NCBI GenBank assembly: GCA_011109175.1
Contig: RDEW01000087.1
Location: forward strand, 69,211 to 133,210
DNA length: 64,000 nt
From: Dicyema japonicum
Lineage: Eukaryota > Animalia > Dicyemida
Direction: 5' to 3'
Shown here: in pieces, positions 36,363-50,018 of the stretch
Position numbering within the stretch: the first letter of the stretch is position 1
How the letters are laid out: each line of letters opens with the position of its first letter
Translations under genes and position numbers: made by a program
Notes under the pieces: generated by a model
The model's database searches: none
What the model was told of the DNA's origin: nothing
The model's input: only the letters and a program-made list of their open reading frames with translations

Positions 36363-36995
36363 TTAAAAATTAAGTAATATTGATCTACTGAGTTTGACAG
36401 GTAAACAATGGCAATGATTATAATAAATATTATAATAATACTGAGATTGTTTGATTATGTGATTTACTTTTGATTGGAAAGACAATATTATAAGACGAAT
36501 TTGAACAAAATCCCACTAAAATAAATAAAAACTGTTACGGAATTTATTGGTTCCTTAACCATAGATTATTATGGTTTTTAAACAAGAAATATTGAGGGAA
36601 ACATCAAAAGAAAACCTTTTAAAAATTATTTGACTAGTATAATCATTTAAATAATGAATCAATTGTCTATTAAAAGTAATCGTATAATTAATATTATCTA
36701 CGAATAAATAATTATAATTACAAATAGATAGTTCTATCTTTTCAAGGTAATATTGCCTACCAGACAACAAACAAAATGTGAAATACACATTACACTCTTG
36801 TGATGACAAAACAAGGACAATTTTATGTTTTAATGAAATTCTACTCAATTTTGCATTTTCATTATTCAATATATAATTCATTATCTAATAATTAAAATTA
36901 AGATACGACTTTATCCTTTTTTTATAATTTACAATTATATTCGAAAATAAAAATGATTTATAATTAGCATAACTTGCAATGCAGTAAAACCTCAT
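36363..36995 (-). pseudogene. Orphan membrane protein family, copy 5 (most diverged)
   Basis: Intron at the conserved first position before MNYILNNEN; ...SLNISCLKT; remnant TM segment and tail PVKLSRSILLNF*. Confidence 0.65.
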
Positions 36996-37399
36996 TAATA
37001 AAAACAAAACCAATATCGATGCCTTTTGGATTTTGAAGGGAATAAAAATACTAAATTCATTTTAATTTATTTTTATTTATTCATATATCAGAATAATAAT
37101 AATAATAAAGTAGCACCACATAACGCCACGCGGCGATTTTAGAAAGATTTTAAATTTATAATGTAAATCCGTTTAAAAGTAGAATAAACACAAAATAAAT
37201 AAATCTGAAATTTTTAATTTTTCGTCATGTGGTACACTGTTTGGTGACGTAAATTGTGGAGTATATATTCCAGACAAAAGAACAATGCACTACGTTAAAT
37301 CCAAAAGGAATATCTTTTTTGGTCGGTCGTCCCACTGGCCTTTTTCTTGTCTTGATGGATGTCCACCTAATGCTTTACCGGCTATGTAAACCCTAATCC

Positions 37400-38600
37400 T
37401 GGACCTCCAAAACCCATTATTTTGATTCAAATAAACATGAATGGAGTTAAAGGGAAAATGCTCGAACTTAAAACTTCTTAAAAATTATAATACTGACATT
37501 TACCTACTCCAAGAAACAAGAAAAACTACGTTTTCTTCCACTTCCGTCTCCAGGCGTGACAGTTCAGCTGACCGGGGTGATGGACTGCTTACCCTTATCA
37601 AAAAGAAGAAATTCCGTACGCAAACGAAACTTTTGTCAATCTCATGTCTCCCGTAGAATATATTGGTATTTCAGTCAGGACAAGTATCGGAAACATAAAC
37701 ATTTTGAATGTGCATGTACCTAACTCATGCCCCAAGGAATTCAGTTTCTCCACTTAAGACAAATCAAAAAATATGTTACTTTGTGGAGACCTAAACGCAA
37801 ACCATTCGACATGGTTCAAGAACCAACCATGCGATGTCAGAGGAATCTGGATGACCAGTAATATTAACAACCCTATTTTAAATCAAGGACTCCCTGAAGA
37901 GCGAATGACAAGACATCGTCCCCCCCCCCCGATCTTACTCTTGCCTCACCAAACATCGCAACATTAACAAAATGGACAGTGCTATACGAGACCAGCAGTG
38001 ACCATAATCCCGTTTGATTACGTTTGAAGGAAGAGTGTCAATTGTAAAGAAACCTGTTTTATTTACCGACTACAAAAATGTCGACTGGGAATAGTTATCA
38101 AATTTTGTCGACTATTATGTACTTGACTTTCATTTATCCAATTTCAACATCGATAAAGCACTACGTTTTTTAATAGAGTGGTACGCGAGGGAATGAAAAT
38201 TTGTATTAAAAGAAGGCCACTGACCCCAAGAAAGATGCCTTCTTCCAGAGCCGATCCACTCATAAAAGAAAGAAATTACCTAAAAAGTCTCCAAAAACAA
38301 TTCTGGGAAACAAGATTGAGAATTCGTAAATTAGAAAGAGAGATCAGGAACAATGCAAAGAAAAAACAAGAGAAAGTTTGGAAAAACTTCATTTCCAATC
38401 TAAACAAGCAGAACTCCCTTACAAAAGTGTGGAAAACACTTAGAAGCTTTATTAACGGTGACAACCCGGCCGCACGTGAAGAAATGGAAACAAGATCTTC
38501 CTAAATAAACTTATTAAGTACTACTCCTCCACGAGTTTCATCCACACAAGAAATTCGAAGGTCCATCCATCCTAGCACTCAAACCTAAAAGAGCCACCTC
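37400..38600 (+). mobile_element. I/Jockey-like LINE APE endonuclease region, decayed
   Basis: DIYLLQET, RRD...RGDGLLTLIK, LLCGDLNA.H..W, DLTLA and SSDHNPV. Confidence 0.8.
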
Positions 38601-38639
38601 CCTGATGATCATCTCTGTAGAGAACTTGTAGAAAATAGT

Positions 38640-39600
38640 TAATGGTCAAAAGTCGACTTATTTTTGCGGTCCGGAAGGAATCCTACCAAAGAAATTGCTC
38701 CAACCACTGAGTCGGTGAAACGTATTGTAAAAGATGGAAAAATACTTCGTGTTGTGAAGATGAGCATAAAGTCAAGAGCAAAAGCTACGTCCTCGATACC
38801 CATGGGTCTTGTCATTGGGTGGATGAAATCGATTGTGAATGGGCCAGAAGACCACCCCCCAGGTGCTTTAATTGTCAGTATTTCGGACACGATACAACGC
38901 AAAGAGATGTTTCTTCTGTGGAGGACCACACAGTTCCCCGGAATGGCTGGAACCGAACAATAGATCTTGTATCACCTGCAGGTCCGGTGATCACGAAACG
39001 GGTTATGGTAACTGTCTGATGGCTAGAAAAGCCATGGCCTCTATAGGAAGAGAAACTAAATGTCATGGGTTAAATGTGAAGGAGAAGAGAAAATCCCCCT
39101 TCACCACGTTGCCTAGATTCGAAGTCTAGAGAAAACAAGCAGGATGTAATAATCAAAAATTCTACCTCTAAACTATGATATTATGAATCCAACACAGAAA
39201 AGGCCAATTGTGGATAAAGACACCTGGAGCATAAGCTAAAAAGGTCCTGCTGGGAACCTATTCAGTAGGCATTTGTAAGAAAGGAACTTACATAAATGAT
39301 TAACTGTCTGAACTAAGTGTGTGACAAGGTAAATTAATATTTCATAAGGATCATGTTCGTGGATGCCTAAAGAGATCAGACCTCCAAGACCAGTGATCCA
39401 AAACATAAGGAACATGTTTGTGAATGCCCGATCAATCATGAGGAGACATCACGAGGATGTTCCCTCGCGAATGCCGAGGAAGATGATATAATACGAAGAT
39501 GAAGTCAGATGAGAATACGGTAATCCCGGGATTCTAATCTATATCTTTATACTGGCAAGAAGGGGCTATACCAGCAACTGGTACATCAATTTTTATCGGT
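38640..39600 (+). mobile_element. LINE ORF1 (gag-like CCHC knuckles) plus start of APE from a second element
   Basis: RCFNCQYFGH, RCFFCGGPH and CITC..GDH...YGNC, followed by NMFVNARS. Confidence 0.7.
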
Positions 39601-41499
39601 GTCATCTTAAGACAAGGAATCCGAGAATTGTCGCATTAGTTTTGTTATGAGTTTGTTGGCCCTGTTCTCATGTTATACGACAATTATTAACCAATTCTAT
39701 TAATCAATGATACACAATCATTATCCATGTTTCTAAAGCTAACGAAGATTCTATAATTAATTTCATATGTCTTTACTTTCATAGAACAAACTATTACAAC
39801 TTTTATCAATATTTTAAGAAATGGATCAAAAACCTATTTGGTAGTGCAATATGAAAAACAATTGTTTTTGTGTCATTACTGTTGGGTTCAAAACTCAAAT
39901 ACTATTTCTCCCNCTTTTAACAAATGGATCAAAAACCTATTTAGTAATGCAATATGAAAAACAATTGTATCTGTGTCTTTACTGTTCGGTTCAAAACTCA
40001 AATACTATTTCTCCCCAATTTGCAACTTCTAGCTGAACTTTGACACGTCACTCAATTTTCGAGAAAAAATTACAATTAAAATCTCAGTTTTAAGGAATAT
40101 AATAAATTTAATCCAATTGATAATAGAATTGGAAAACAAAGATGATGTTTTTTAGAGATCACTTATGAATACATAACCTACTGTATCTTTAACAATTTAC
40201 CCAAGAAATCTTACCTTTCCACTTCTTAAAATAAAAAATTGCAATCACACTAAACTATCTCTTCAGAAAATACGGAAAAGGCTTAAAGGAAGAAATACAG
40301 TGCTAATAAACAGTTCACGTACGAAAAGTGGAAAGATAAATAAAAAGTTTTTGTTATTTTCGGATCGTTGATGATGGTGTCATTTGTAAATCCCATGAAC
40401 ATTTAGATGCATGAAATCTTAAACAGGAATTGACAGAACAAGATTCCAACTATGAATATTCAGGATTTGGAATTGTTCATTTTAATAATATCAACCTCTT
40501 TTACATACATTGATTGTTAACTCTAAATGAGTGAGTTCTTCAGAATATTTCAACACTTTTTTATGCTTATTTCGTAAAAAAACAGACATGATTAAAGTTA
40601 CTCTTGGATGTTTAATTTAATTAATTAAATTTGTGACAAGTAAATTTACTCTTACTAGACGATATTTTAACCAAGAGTGTATTTGACATTTTTGCATTAC
40701 GGAACTTTGTATATCGAATGTCTTACAAAATTTATCATTTCTGTTACGTAGATGAAAAGAATAGAAACGATGAGTTCCATCAATCTTTAAGAAATTAAAA
40801 TATCGGAGGTACGTTTCCGCATCAACTTTTGACAACTAACAAAATACATCAACTTGCCAAAATAAAACTAATACTAATTTTGGTAGTGGAAAGTTAAACC
40901 AAAGTTAATAAATCGAGTAATAATAGTAAATTTAAATCCAGTCAGAAATAAATACTAATAAACATTATTTTAAAATAAAACGACTTAAAGGAAGACTCAG
41001 AACAAATTTTGACAGTCTCTCTTGTATTTTGATCACCTTGAGATTTTCCTTCCCGAAAGGACAAAATAAATTAATTTCTTCCTGCGACCTTTCCAGTCCC
41101 TCTGGCAATTTTCAGAGATACATAATTGATTTGCAAATAAATAATCTACATGCTCTTGTAAGTGCCCGAAAGTTCAGCTGTTAATACATTCCGTTCATTT
41201 CGATTCCCTTCTGGTCGGTATTTTGACTTCATTAGTTATATCAACATTTGGGTACCGCTCCCAGAGAAGAATTTTTCTTTCTAAAAAACTCTCCCACACT
41301 TCGATCAGTCACGGCATTTTTACTTTTAGTAATCTTCTTTGTAGGATCTCTTTTTACAACACGTTTAACAACACCACAACCACGCTTATTAACGGGAATT
41401 CTTAAAATAGACCCATCTTGCATTTCTGCAGTTTACAAGTCAGCTTCGAATAATTTCCAGTTGTTAGACAACTAGATATAATTAAATTATTAATTTTTA

Positions 41500-41626
41500 A
41501 GGTAAAAAAATTAATTAACAATAAAATATTATTGATTAACTATGTCAGCGGCTGATGACTTTACAGAATAAGCGTTTCCGCGACAACTGCGATCCCAATT
41601 CGTTCCTCAGCGAGACCGCTTCCCGC
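41500..41626 (-). mobile_element. CRE-like retrotransposon extreme 3' end
   Basis: RIGIAV(V)RGNAYSV with a 1-nt deletion, plus an AT-rich 3' UTR shared with 63590-63790. Confidence 0.7.
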
Positions 41627-41718
41627 AAAAAAATAATTTATATTGTTTTATATATTTTTACTAAAATATATTATAATGTTTTATAAAATAACCTAAATAA
41701 ATAAATAATAACCTATAA

Positions 41719-42591
41719 ATGACCCTATCTCTTTGTGGACATGAATTATTAATTTTTTTAATAAGTACTGTAATTTTATATCAAATGGTTTATACAAATT
41801 TGGACTTTGATCATTTAAACTATTATCCATTTGTATCTCATAATGCAAATTCAAAATTTATAAACCGATTACTTGGAATATTCATAACAAACCACTTTTA
41901 ACTTCCAATATAACAGTAACATTTATGAAAGATTATAAAGTCTGTAATTTTCTATTAATATTGGAATATGAAGTTTATGTTTAATAAGGAAAATTCCAAA
42001 TTAATTATAATTTCATCAAAAGAAAAAAAATTGTTCTATTTTCATCAGCGAGAGATATCAATTTAAATTTAACAGTTCGCTTAGCGCCTGATGGCCAATA
42101 TTAACTTGACAAGATAGAACTTTTTTTGTAATTATAATTTTTTTTTTTTAATTTAATTATTCATTTTAGATAATAATAAATATATGATTACAATTGATTG
42201 ATAATAATCATTTTTATTATTGTCAAATTACTTTTTTTAAAGTTTTCTCGTACAATTTCTCTTAATATTTCTTGTTTAGGAACCAAAATAATCAATAATG
42301 AAAAAACTATTAAATTTATCCCAATTGGTTAATATTTATATATTTTAGTGCAATCTTGCATAAATTCCACTAGTAAAACACTTTTTCCAAATATTAATAG
42401 AACCAAAATGAATGATAAACCGTCTACTCAAAAAGTGATAACTCGTTATATTAAACCATCATATAAACCAGAATGCCATAATATCAGTATTTTGCTTTGT
42501 CATTGATATCATTGCTTTGATATTAATAATCACAGTCATTGTGTTATGTTACAGAAGAGGCAAATATAGGTTATTCACTAAGACTAATTAA
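41719..42591 (+). pseudogene. Orphan membrane protein family, copy 6 (full-length short-tail subtype; frameshift and mutated intron acceptor)
   Basis: MTLSLCGHELLIFLISTVILYQMVYTN..., with a -1 frameshift near KPITW and intron 1 ending TTGG instead of TTAG. TM AIISVFCFVIDIIALILIITVIVLCY; tail RRGKYRLFTKTN*. Confidence 0.8.
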
Positions 42592-42919
42592 TTGTATTTA
42601 TATGGGGGTTTGTTTTATTTGATATTAATGATTATAAGTATTCTCTAATAAATAATGTGATTAACCATTATTGATTAAGAAAAATTAATAATTTCATTTT
42701 TTGAGTTAACACGTTAAATAAATTATTCTACTGGATGCAAGTTTTAGAGAATTTTTATTTTGGTTAAGCAGATTTAATAAGAATTCGAGTTTTTTGGGTT
42801 TAATGATATATAGTTGACCTCATTATAAATATAAGTGATTTTGAGTAATTTATCAATAAGTTTCTACCAACTACTAACTGTTTAGAACTCGAGGAATAAT
42901 AATCCACAAATCAATCCAT

Positions 42920-43290
42920 GCTGCACAGGCGTGCTCGATACTAAGTAGAACAAATTGTTTGTATAGAAGCTCTAACGATAAGCGATAAGATACTCGAGAG
43001 TGAGTGAAAACCAAAGACCCATTAGGTATAATAGAACTTGGATCGTGTCGCATCCTCGATTCGAAGATGTTTCACTGTGACTACGAGATCATCCGCATAC
43101 GATAAAGAATTGTGTTTTTGGTGTTTGAGGATGGGAGGTCACTGAAGACCATGTTGAAGAGCATTGTTGATAACTGTGATCCTTGTGGAAGTCCATTTGG
43201 AAGGATTTCTACTCTACATCCATTGATACCAAGAACCGTCTCTCGTTTGATTTTCGGTTATTCAGGAGGAGGACAGACCTATCGTACTTA
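42920..43290 (-). mobile_element. I/Jockey-like RT fragment
   Basis: PQGSQLSTMLFNM...YADDLVV; related to the 16.4 kb and 45.0 kb copies. Confidence 0.75.
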
Positions 43291-43799
43291 GTAGATCAAT
43301 ATTACTTAAATTTTAATTTTAAAACTTTTCACGGAGTCTATTTTGTTTTTCTCTTTGTTGGTAAGCTTATAACAATTATATTCACTATTAAACCAGTGAT
43401 TTGAGGCAATAAAAACAATAAGTAAAGGTCGACAAATTAGTCACTCAATTATGTAAGAAAAGCAGGCGCTAAATTAATTATACACATGCAAATCACAATG
43501 ACACAAAAATGGATAGTACCTAGGACTTTGAGAAATGCACATGAAAAAGGTTAGGAGGATATTAAAAATATGGGATTATTGAACATATCCTTTTCATAAT
43601 AAATAGTGCTGAATTTCATNACAATAAGTAAAGGTCTACAAAACCAGTCTCTTAATTATGTAAGAAAAGCAAGTGCTAAATTAATTTTTCACATGTAAAT
43701 CACAGTGACACGATGATAGATAGTACCTAAAACATCGAGAAATGGTCATGTATAAAGTTAGGAGGCTATTAAAAATATGGGATTATTGAACATATCTTT

Positions 43800-43965
43800 T
43801 TCACAATAAATAGTGCTGTATTTCATTCTGTCACTTTGGAAATTCTCGATTTCAAGAACAAGACCGTCTTGGGCCCTAAGACTCTTGTTGTCTTGAAACC
43901 ACCGAACTGCTCGAGGAATGTTTTTATTCCGTTGGGGAATTTGCTATCGTTCCATATGAGACACA
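43800..43965 (+). pseudogene. Orphan 'gene B' fragment, copy 3
   Basis: NSAVFHSVTLEILDFKNKTVLGPKTLVVLKPPNCSRNVFIPLGNLLSFHMR, truncated at a rearrangement junction. Confidence 0.55.
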
Positions 43966-45150
43966 CTAATTAATTCGATTTATATGAGGGTTTGGTTTAT
44001 TTGATATTAATGATTATAAGTCTATTAAATAATGTGATTAACCATTATTGATTAAAAAAAGTTCAATAATTTCATTTTTGAGTTAACACGTTAAATAAAT
44101 TATTCTACTGGATGCAAGTTTTAGAGAATTTTTATTTTGGTTAAGCAGATTTAATAAGAATTGACTTGGCATTGATTGCATGATTGCTAATTCGAGTTTT
44201 TTTGTGTTTTAATGACATATATAGTTGACCTATTATAAATATGTGATTTTGATCAGTCAAATTCTACCAACTACTAACTGTTTAGAACACGTGGAATTAT
44301 AATCTACAAATCACCTTATATAAAATTTTTTGGCGAAAAGCGAGTGTCCGACCATAGCTTATTAACTGTACATTGTATACTATTGAATTTGCACTTAACA
44401 AAGATTGTGTCCATCTTCGAAGAAGACTATGTCAATTTCGTATTATGTTAGAGAATTGTTTGGTTCATCAATTAAACAAACCAAAACTAACGAGAAATCA
44501 TATTTTGTTAAAATTAAATAATTTAAAAGACATGATTAATCTTTATGGATACTCCATGTAGGATTTTTATTTTATTAACCCCGAAATCACGAGAAAGATA
44601 ATAAAATTTATCGTCTAATTAAGTGATCCCGGTATCCATCACAGTCCTTTTCATCCAGTCCTTTTCATGCGGTTTATCTACACAATGGGGAAGGTTTCTT
44701 CTCATATCTTGGGCAGGCGTCCATATATAGTCTGTTGTCCGGCCCGAGGGGATTTTCAAGGGACTTTGCCATCTTAAGGAAGTTCTTATGACATTCCGTA
44801 AGGTATTCCATTATTGGGGGGATGTTTAGTATTCTCCGTAGCAACAAAGTGGACATCTTTTTCGACTATATAGAAGTATTCTGAGACATCGGTTTTGTAA
44901 AACTTCCAGCTTGTTCTGTGCCGATAGTGATAAGCACAGGCATACTCGATACTAGGTAGAACAAATTGTTTGTATAGAAGCTCTAACGATGGGCGGGAAG
45001 ATACTCGAGAGTGAGTGAAAGCCAAAGACCCATCAGGTTTAGTAGATCTTGCATGGACCGTGTCGCCTCTTCGATTCTTCAATGTTTCACTGCGACCACG
45101 AGATCATCCGCATACGATAAAGAATTGTGTTTTTAATGTTTGGGGATGGG
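43965..45150 (+). repeat. Segmental duplicate of 15340-16530 (AT-rich block with MYTIEF ORF plus shared LINE 3' end)
   Basis: Collinear and highly similar, including ORFs 15747/44373 and the same LINE junction CCATGTAGGATTTTTATTTTATTAACCC. Confidence 0.9.
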
Positions 45151-45299
45151 AGGTCAATGAGGAACATGTTGAAGAGCATTGTTGATAACGGTGATCTTTA
45201 TGTACTCCATTTAGAAGGTATCGCGGTTTTGATTTTTGATTGTTTACCATCACTTGGCCCATTCGATGTTGAAGTTAGCCAACAATAACTTGAATTTAN

Positions 45300-45840
45300 T
45301 TAAATTATCTTTATATTTTACATTTGGCTTAGCGTCTGATGACCAATATCACCTTGACAAAATAGATTTTTTTATTCGTAATTATAATTATTCATTTTTA
45401 GATAATGATAATTATACGATTACAATTGATAGACATTTGATTGATAATCATCATTTTTATTATTGTCAAATTATTTTTAAAAAGTTTCCTCGCAATATTA
45501 CTTTCAATATTTCTTGTTTAACAACCAAATTATTCATTCATAAATAAAACAACTTGTAAATTTATCCAAATGGGTTTTTTATTTATATATTTTAGGACAA
45601 TCTTGCAAAAATACCACTATTAAAACAACAGTCTTTCCAGACATTACTAAAACTAAAACTGTCAACTAAAATAATAACTCCAAATATTATTAGAACTGAA
45701 ATTATAAATGTGTCAACTAAAGTGCTTACTCCAAATATTACTAGAACTAAATTTAAAACCAATTTAACTCCAAAACTGAAAATTAGTAAATCAGCTAATA
45801 GAACAGTCATAATCGTCAGTATTAATATTAATTTTAAAAC
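45300..45840 (+). pseudogene. Orphan membrane protein family, copy 7 (starts at an N join; premature stop; TM truncated)
   Basis: LYFTFGLASDDQYHLDKID...FYYCQIIFKKF...NISCLTTK*, then the second tiny intron and stalk repeats. Confidence 0.75.
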
Positions 45841-46149
45841 TTTTAATGGGTTATTCCGTAGTTGACTGATGTTCATTGTGTGAATTTAAAAAAGGCAAAT
45901 ATTGTCTAATAGATAGGAAAACGGCATATTTAATGTATGAAAACACTGATAGTGGTAATCTTTGTTAAAACCTGTCAAGAATTTATCACAAACATTAATT
46001 AAATAACTGAATAGTTGAATTTATATTATGATGATTCATTTAAAACATTGATAATACTTGTTTTTTAAATGACTGATAGAAATTCCAAAATATAAAATTA
46101 AGCATGATTTTGAATTTTTTCATTAAAGATGATCTTGAATTCGTTTTTC

Positions 46150-47941
46150 ACTTTAGTCGAGTAATATTATGTCGATAAAAGATGCAGCAGAAAAAAAGGA
46201 TGGAAAACTTTTTAAAAAGAGATACCATCATTGACTCGTATGTTGCAGAATAAACGATTGGAGAGGTCTGAAAGCGCAGAAAAGAGTCCAAGCGTTTGCA
46301 GGACTTGATACCAACTGCTCCCTCTTTAATTTTCTTTGCTAATAAAGTTGTTATTGGAGAGGTCTGAAAGCGCAGAAAAGAGTCCAAGCGTTTGCAGGAC
46401 TTGATACCAACTGCTCCCTCTTTAGTTTTCTTTGCTAATAAAGTTGTTAAAGTTAATAGTAATATAAATAATTAATAAGATTGTACAAGAAATGCTGGTC
46501 GCCTTTATACTGAGGTTTAATCAAAGTCTCACAGTTTCTCCAATCTGAACAAATCAGATCATTTCTTATTCACTTTGCCTATCATCTCTTTTTGACGACC
46601 AGAATACCTCTTCTCTTATCCGAGTCCGTCTCCAAGTTCTGACAGCACCAAATACACATTTTGGATCTCTGGGTCGTCCGGTCTTTGTTGTAAGTTCTTG
46701 TTAGCCATCGGTTTCCTTCACTCGATGGTACTGAGTGTAAATAAATAGACTTAGGACAACTACATTTTTCAAACGGAGATTATAGAATGGTTGATTTCTT
46801 TACAACTGGCAGATAAATCCTCTGGAACAGCCAATGCATTTCCCGAAGACCCTATCGGTCTCAATAATGAGACTATAGACTTAGGACAACTATATTTTTC
46901 AAACGGAGATTATAGAATGGTTGATTTCTTTACAACTGGCAGATAAATCTTCTGGAACAGCCAATGCATTTCCCGAAGACCCTATCGGTCTCAATAATGA
47001 TACTCGAGGATGAAGATTCCTGTCGTCGTAACGACAACCAGATGCAAATAAATCTGAAGAAAGGATGGGGTGTTTTCTTATTTCAAAGTTTTCGATCCTC
47101 GTGCTGCTTGTCAGCTTTCTATTCAGAATCAGAACAACTTCGAATGGGCAAAGGTATCTGTGCATTGCATATCCCAGATCATTTGTCTTTCCCAGAGAGA
47201 AGATGAAAACCTTGATGTGTCGGGGTGGATTATCTCCATGGTGTAGGTTCACCGGTTCCAGAGTCCACGGGAATCTCTCCTCTTCAAAATACCATCTTAT
47301 GACATCGTTAATGACAAAATGTTTCGATTGTCTACGAGAAAAGGGGAGGACCTCTTTGAGGTTAAAACCAAATCCACATCGGCAAGGATAAGGCTAGCAT
47401 AGCTGAGTACGAGACAGGCCGATTTGAAGGGCATCCAGTATGAATTCAATTGACAAAGAAGGGAGTGCATTCAGTCATGCACTAATGTAAAGGAAGAGGT
47501 GGACAAAATGCATTTCGGATTATGTAAATTGATTTTTCCAAAAAGATGTTGAGTGATCTTTTAATTTACGGCAGCCCAGTTTTTTTAATTTTTGTGAATC
47601 AGAGAAGGTATTCTTAGACTAACACCTCAACTCTATAGCCATTTTATAAATCAGAGCAGTAATCTAGAAGAATAGTCTGGAGAGAATCTTGTAATAAGCA
47701 TGTTGAAAGTTTCCAGGCTTTCGGTATAGAAGTAACAAGGAAATCTTAAAAACATCGGATGGAACGGGTAATTTTTAATGAGAAAGAGGCAGTATGACAT
47801 CAAACGTGTGCAGCTTAGCAGTGGCTCTACAATCTCTGATAGTTTCTTATCCAGAATATGATAAATAATCCTTGTGTAAATTAGTGAGCTCAATATCAAA
47901 AGGTGTTCATCAGTAATAGCAGCATTTTGGGAAAAAGACAT
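46150..47941 (-). CDS. Putative spliced orphan gene (product unknown)
   Basis: Same-strand open blocks at 47651-47941 (96 aa), ~46899-47393 (~165 aa) and 46148-46450, with no TE motifs recognised. Exon structure not resolved. Confidence 0.3.
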
Positions 47942-48019
47942 GATCTTGAAACGCGAATTAAAGAAATCATCTAGCTAGAGTATTAGATTACTTATCATAA
48001 AGACAATACGAAAAAAAAT

Positions 48020-49560
48020 TGTGATAGAGGATGGGAACACTGTGATATTTCATTTGATGGAATGACGCCAAAACAGTCTCCATCAGGCCTACACCACATC
48101 CCAAGTCACAGGTCGTGTTGAGCACTTTTGGTACAGTGCCTCATTGTTGATCGTTGTCGGCCATTGTACCCTGCACAGTATTCGTAATTGCCTTCGGTGA
48201 AAGGAGTTAAGATTTTTGGTTTCCACCACATCCCAAGTCACAGGTCGTGTTGAGCACTTTTGGTACAGTGCCTCATTGTTGATCGTTGTCGGCCATTGTA
48301 CCCTGCACAGTATTCGTAATTGCCTTCGGTGAAAGGAGTTAAGATTTTTGGTTTCTGAGACCGAGGTCCCCCAGCAGGAAAAGTTATATAGCAGGACGGC
48401 TTCACGAAAGCATTAAAAAGCGCAAACGAAGCGCAATCGTTACCGGTCTGTTAACCAACAATCCGTCTTCATCAGTGCGGCCGTCAATAGTACTTTCCTC
48501 CGGGTTATGTCCTCACTGTCCCTGAAGGAGGGAGCCGAACTTTCTGGAACGTCTCCATCCCTCTTCCAATCTTGATCCCATGCATACGAATTCCACAATT
48601 TCAGTTTTAGTTGTATTCATCGTAAGAAACCATTTCCCAAGCTCTGCAGGGACAACGTTAAGTAACCTCAAGGCTGCTTTATCTTTAGATACGAAATCCA
48701 CATCATCAGCGTATATAATTTAGGTGATTTNCATCAGTGCGGCCGTCAATAGTACTTTCCTCCGGGTTATGTCCTCACTGTCCCTGAAGGAGGGAGCCGA
48801 ACTTTCTGGAACGTCTCCATCCCTCTTCCAATCTTGATCCCATGCATACGAATTCCACAATTTCAGTTTTAGTTGTATTCATCGTAAGAAACCATTTCCC
48901 AAGCTCTGCAGGGACAACGTTAAGTAACCTCAAGGCTGCTTTATCTTTAGATACGAAATCCACATCATCAGCGTATATAATTTAGGTGATTTGGCCATTA
49001 TAAAAACTTCTAAGACCACCTCCAGATATACCACGAACACCAAAGGGGAAAGGTAGTCCCCTGGGAGTACCCACAGTCATCGAAAAATTTCTGGACGACG
49101 TATTCCCAACTTGTATCATCAGTTCTGTGTTCGACAATAAAACTTCTATCATCCTGACAGAATTCCTATTAAGGAATCCCCGCAGAGCATCAATAAGCTT
49201 TTTTCGGCGAATTGTGTCGAAAGCTCTCGACATGTCGATCCCCAATATTGTAGTTAAATCTTTGGTAAGTGGCACAACTCCACATATGCCCCCAGACCAC
49301 ATCAGCAGTAGATGTCTGTCCTGAATCCACTGTGGCTCGATGACAGGAATTCATTCACAGGCTCTTGTACACGATCCAGCACCACCAGAGCAAGGACCTT
49401 TCTTAGCGTATTAATTAGGATGACTGGCCGCAGGTTTTCAACAAGGCCCGCCCTCTTATTCGGTTTTTGAATCGGCACCAGAATTCCTTTCCCAATAAAG
49501 AAGGTCGTTAGTTGCTTACTTTCCAAAGTGTTCCTGACCAGGTATTGAATACGTTCTTTC
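48020..49560 (-). mobile_element. RTE-clade LINE RT region, with assembly-type internal duplications
   Basis: LVPIQKPNK...LRPVILINTLRK, GIDMSRAFDTIRR, YADDVDFVS and LNSFHRRQLR. 48466-48730 is repeated after the N at 48731. Confidence 0.85.
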
Positions 49561-49615
49561 AGTGATGTTCAATCCACAAATGTGAAATTACAAATCCAAC
49601 CTTTCGCATGATATA

Positions 49616-50018
49616 TCACAGCTTTTCGTGTAGTTCGACTTTTATTAAAGCAATATATATATTTCTCCATAGAACAGGGATGTCAATCACTTCAAGTCAC
49701 AGCTTTTCGTGTAGTTCGACTTTTATTAAAGCAATATATATATTTCTCCATAGAACAGGGATGTCAATCATTTCAAGTCACAGCTTTTCGTGTAACAGGG
49801 ATGTCAATCACTTCAAGTCTCAGCTTTTCGTGTAGTTCGACTTTTATTAAAGCAATATATATATTTCTCCATAGAACAGGGATGTCAATCATTTCAAGTC
49901 ACAGCTTTTCGTGTAGTTCGACTTTTATTAAAGCAATATATATATTTCTCCATAGAACAGGGATGTCAATCATTTCAAGTCACAGCTTTTCGTGTAGTTC
50001 GACTTTTATTAAAGCAAT
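49616..50018. repeat. 81-bp tandem satellite running into a 574-N gap
   Basis: Units at 49616, 49697, 49778 (partial), 49818, 49899 and 49980. Confidence 0.95.
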
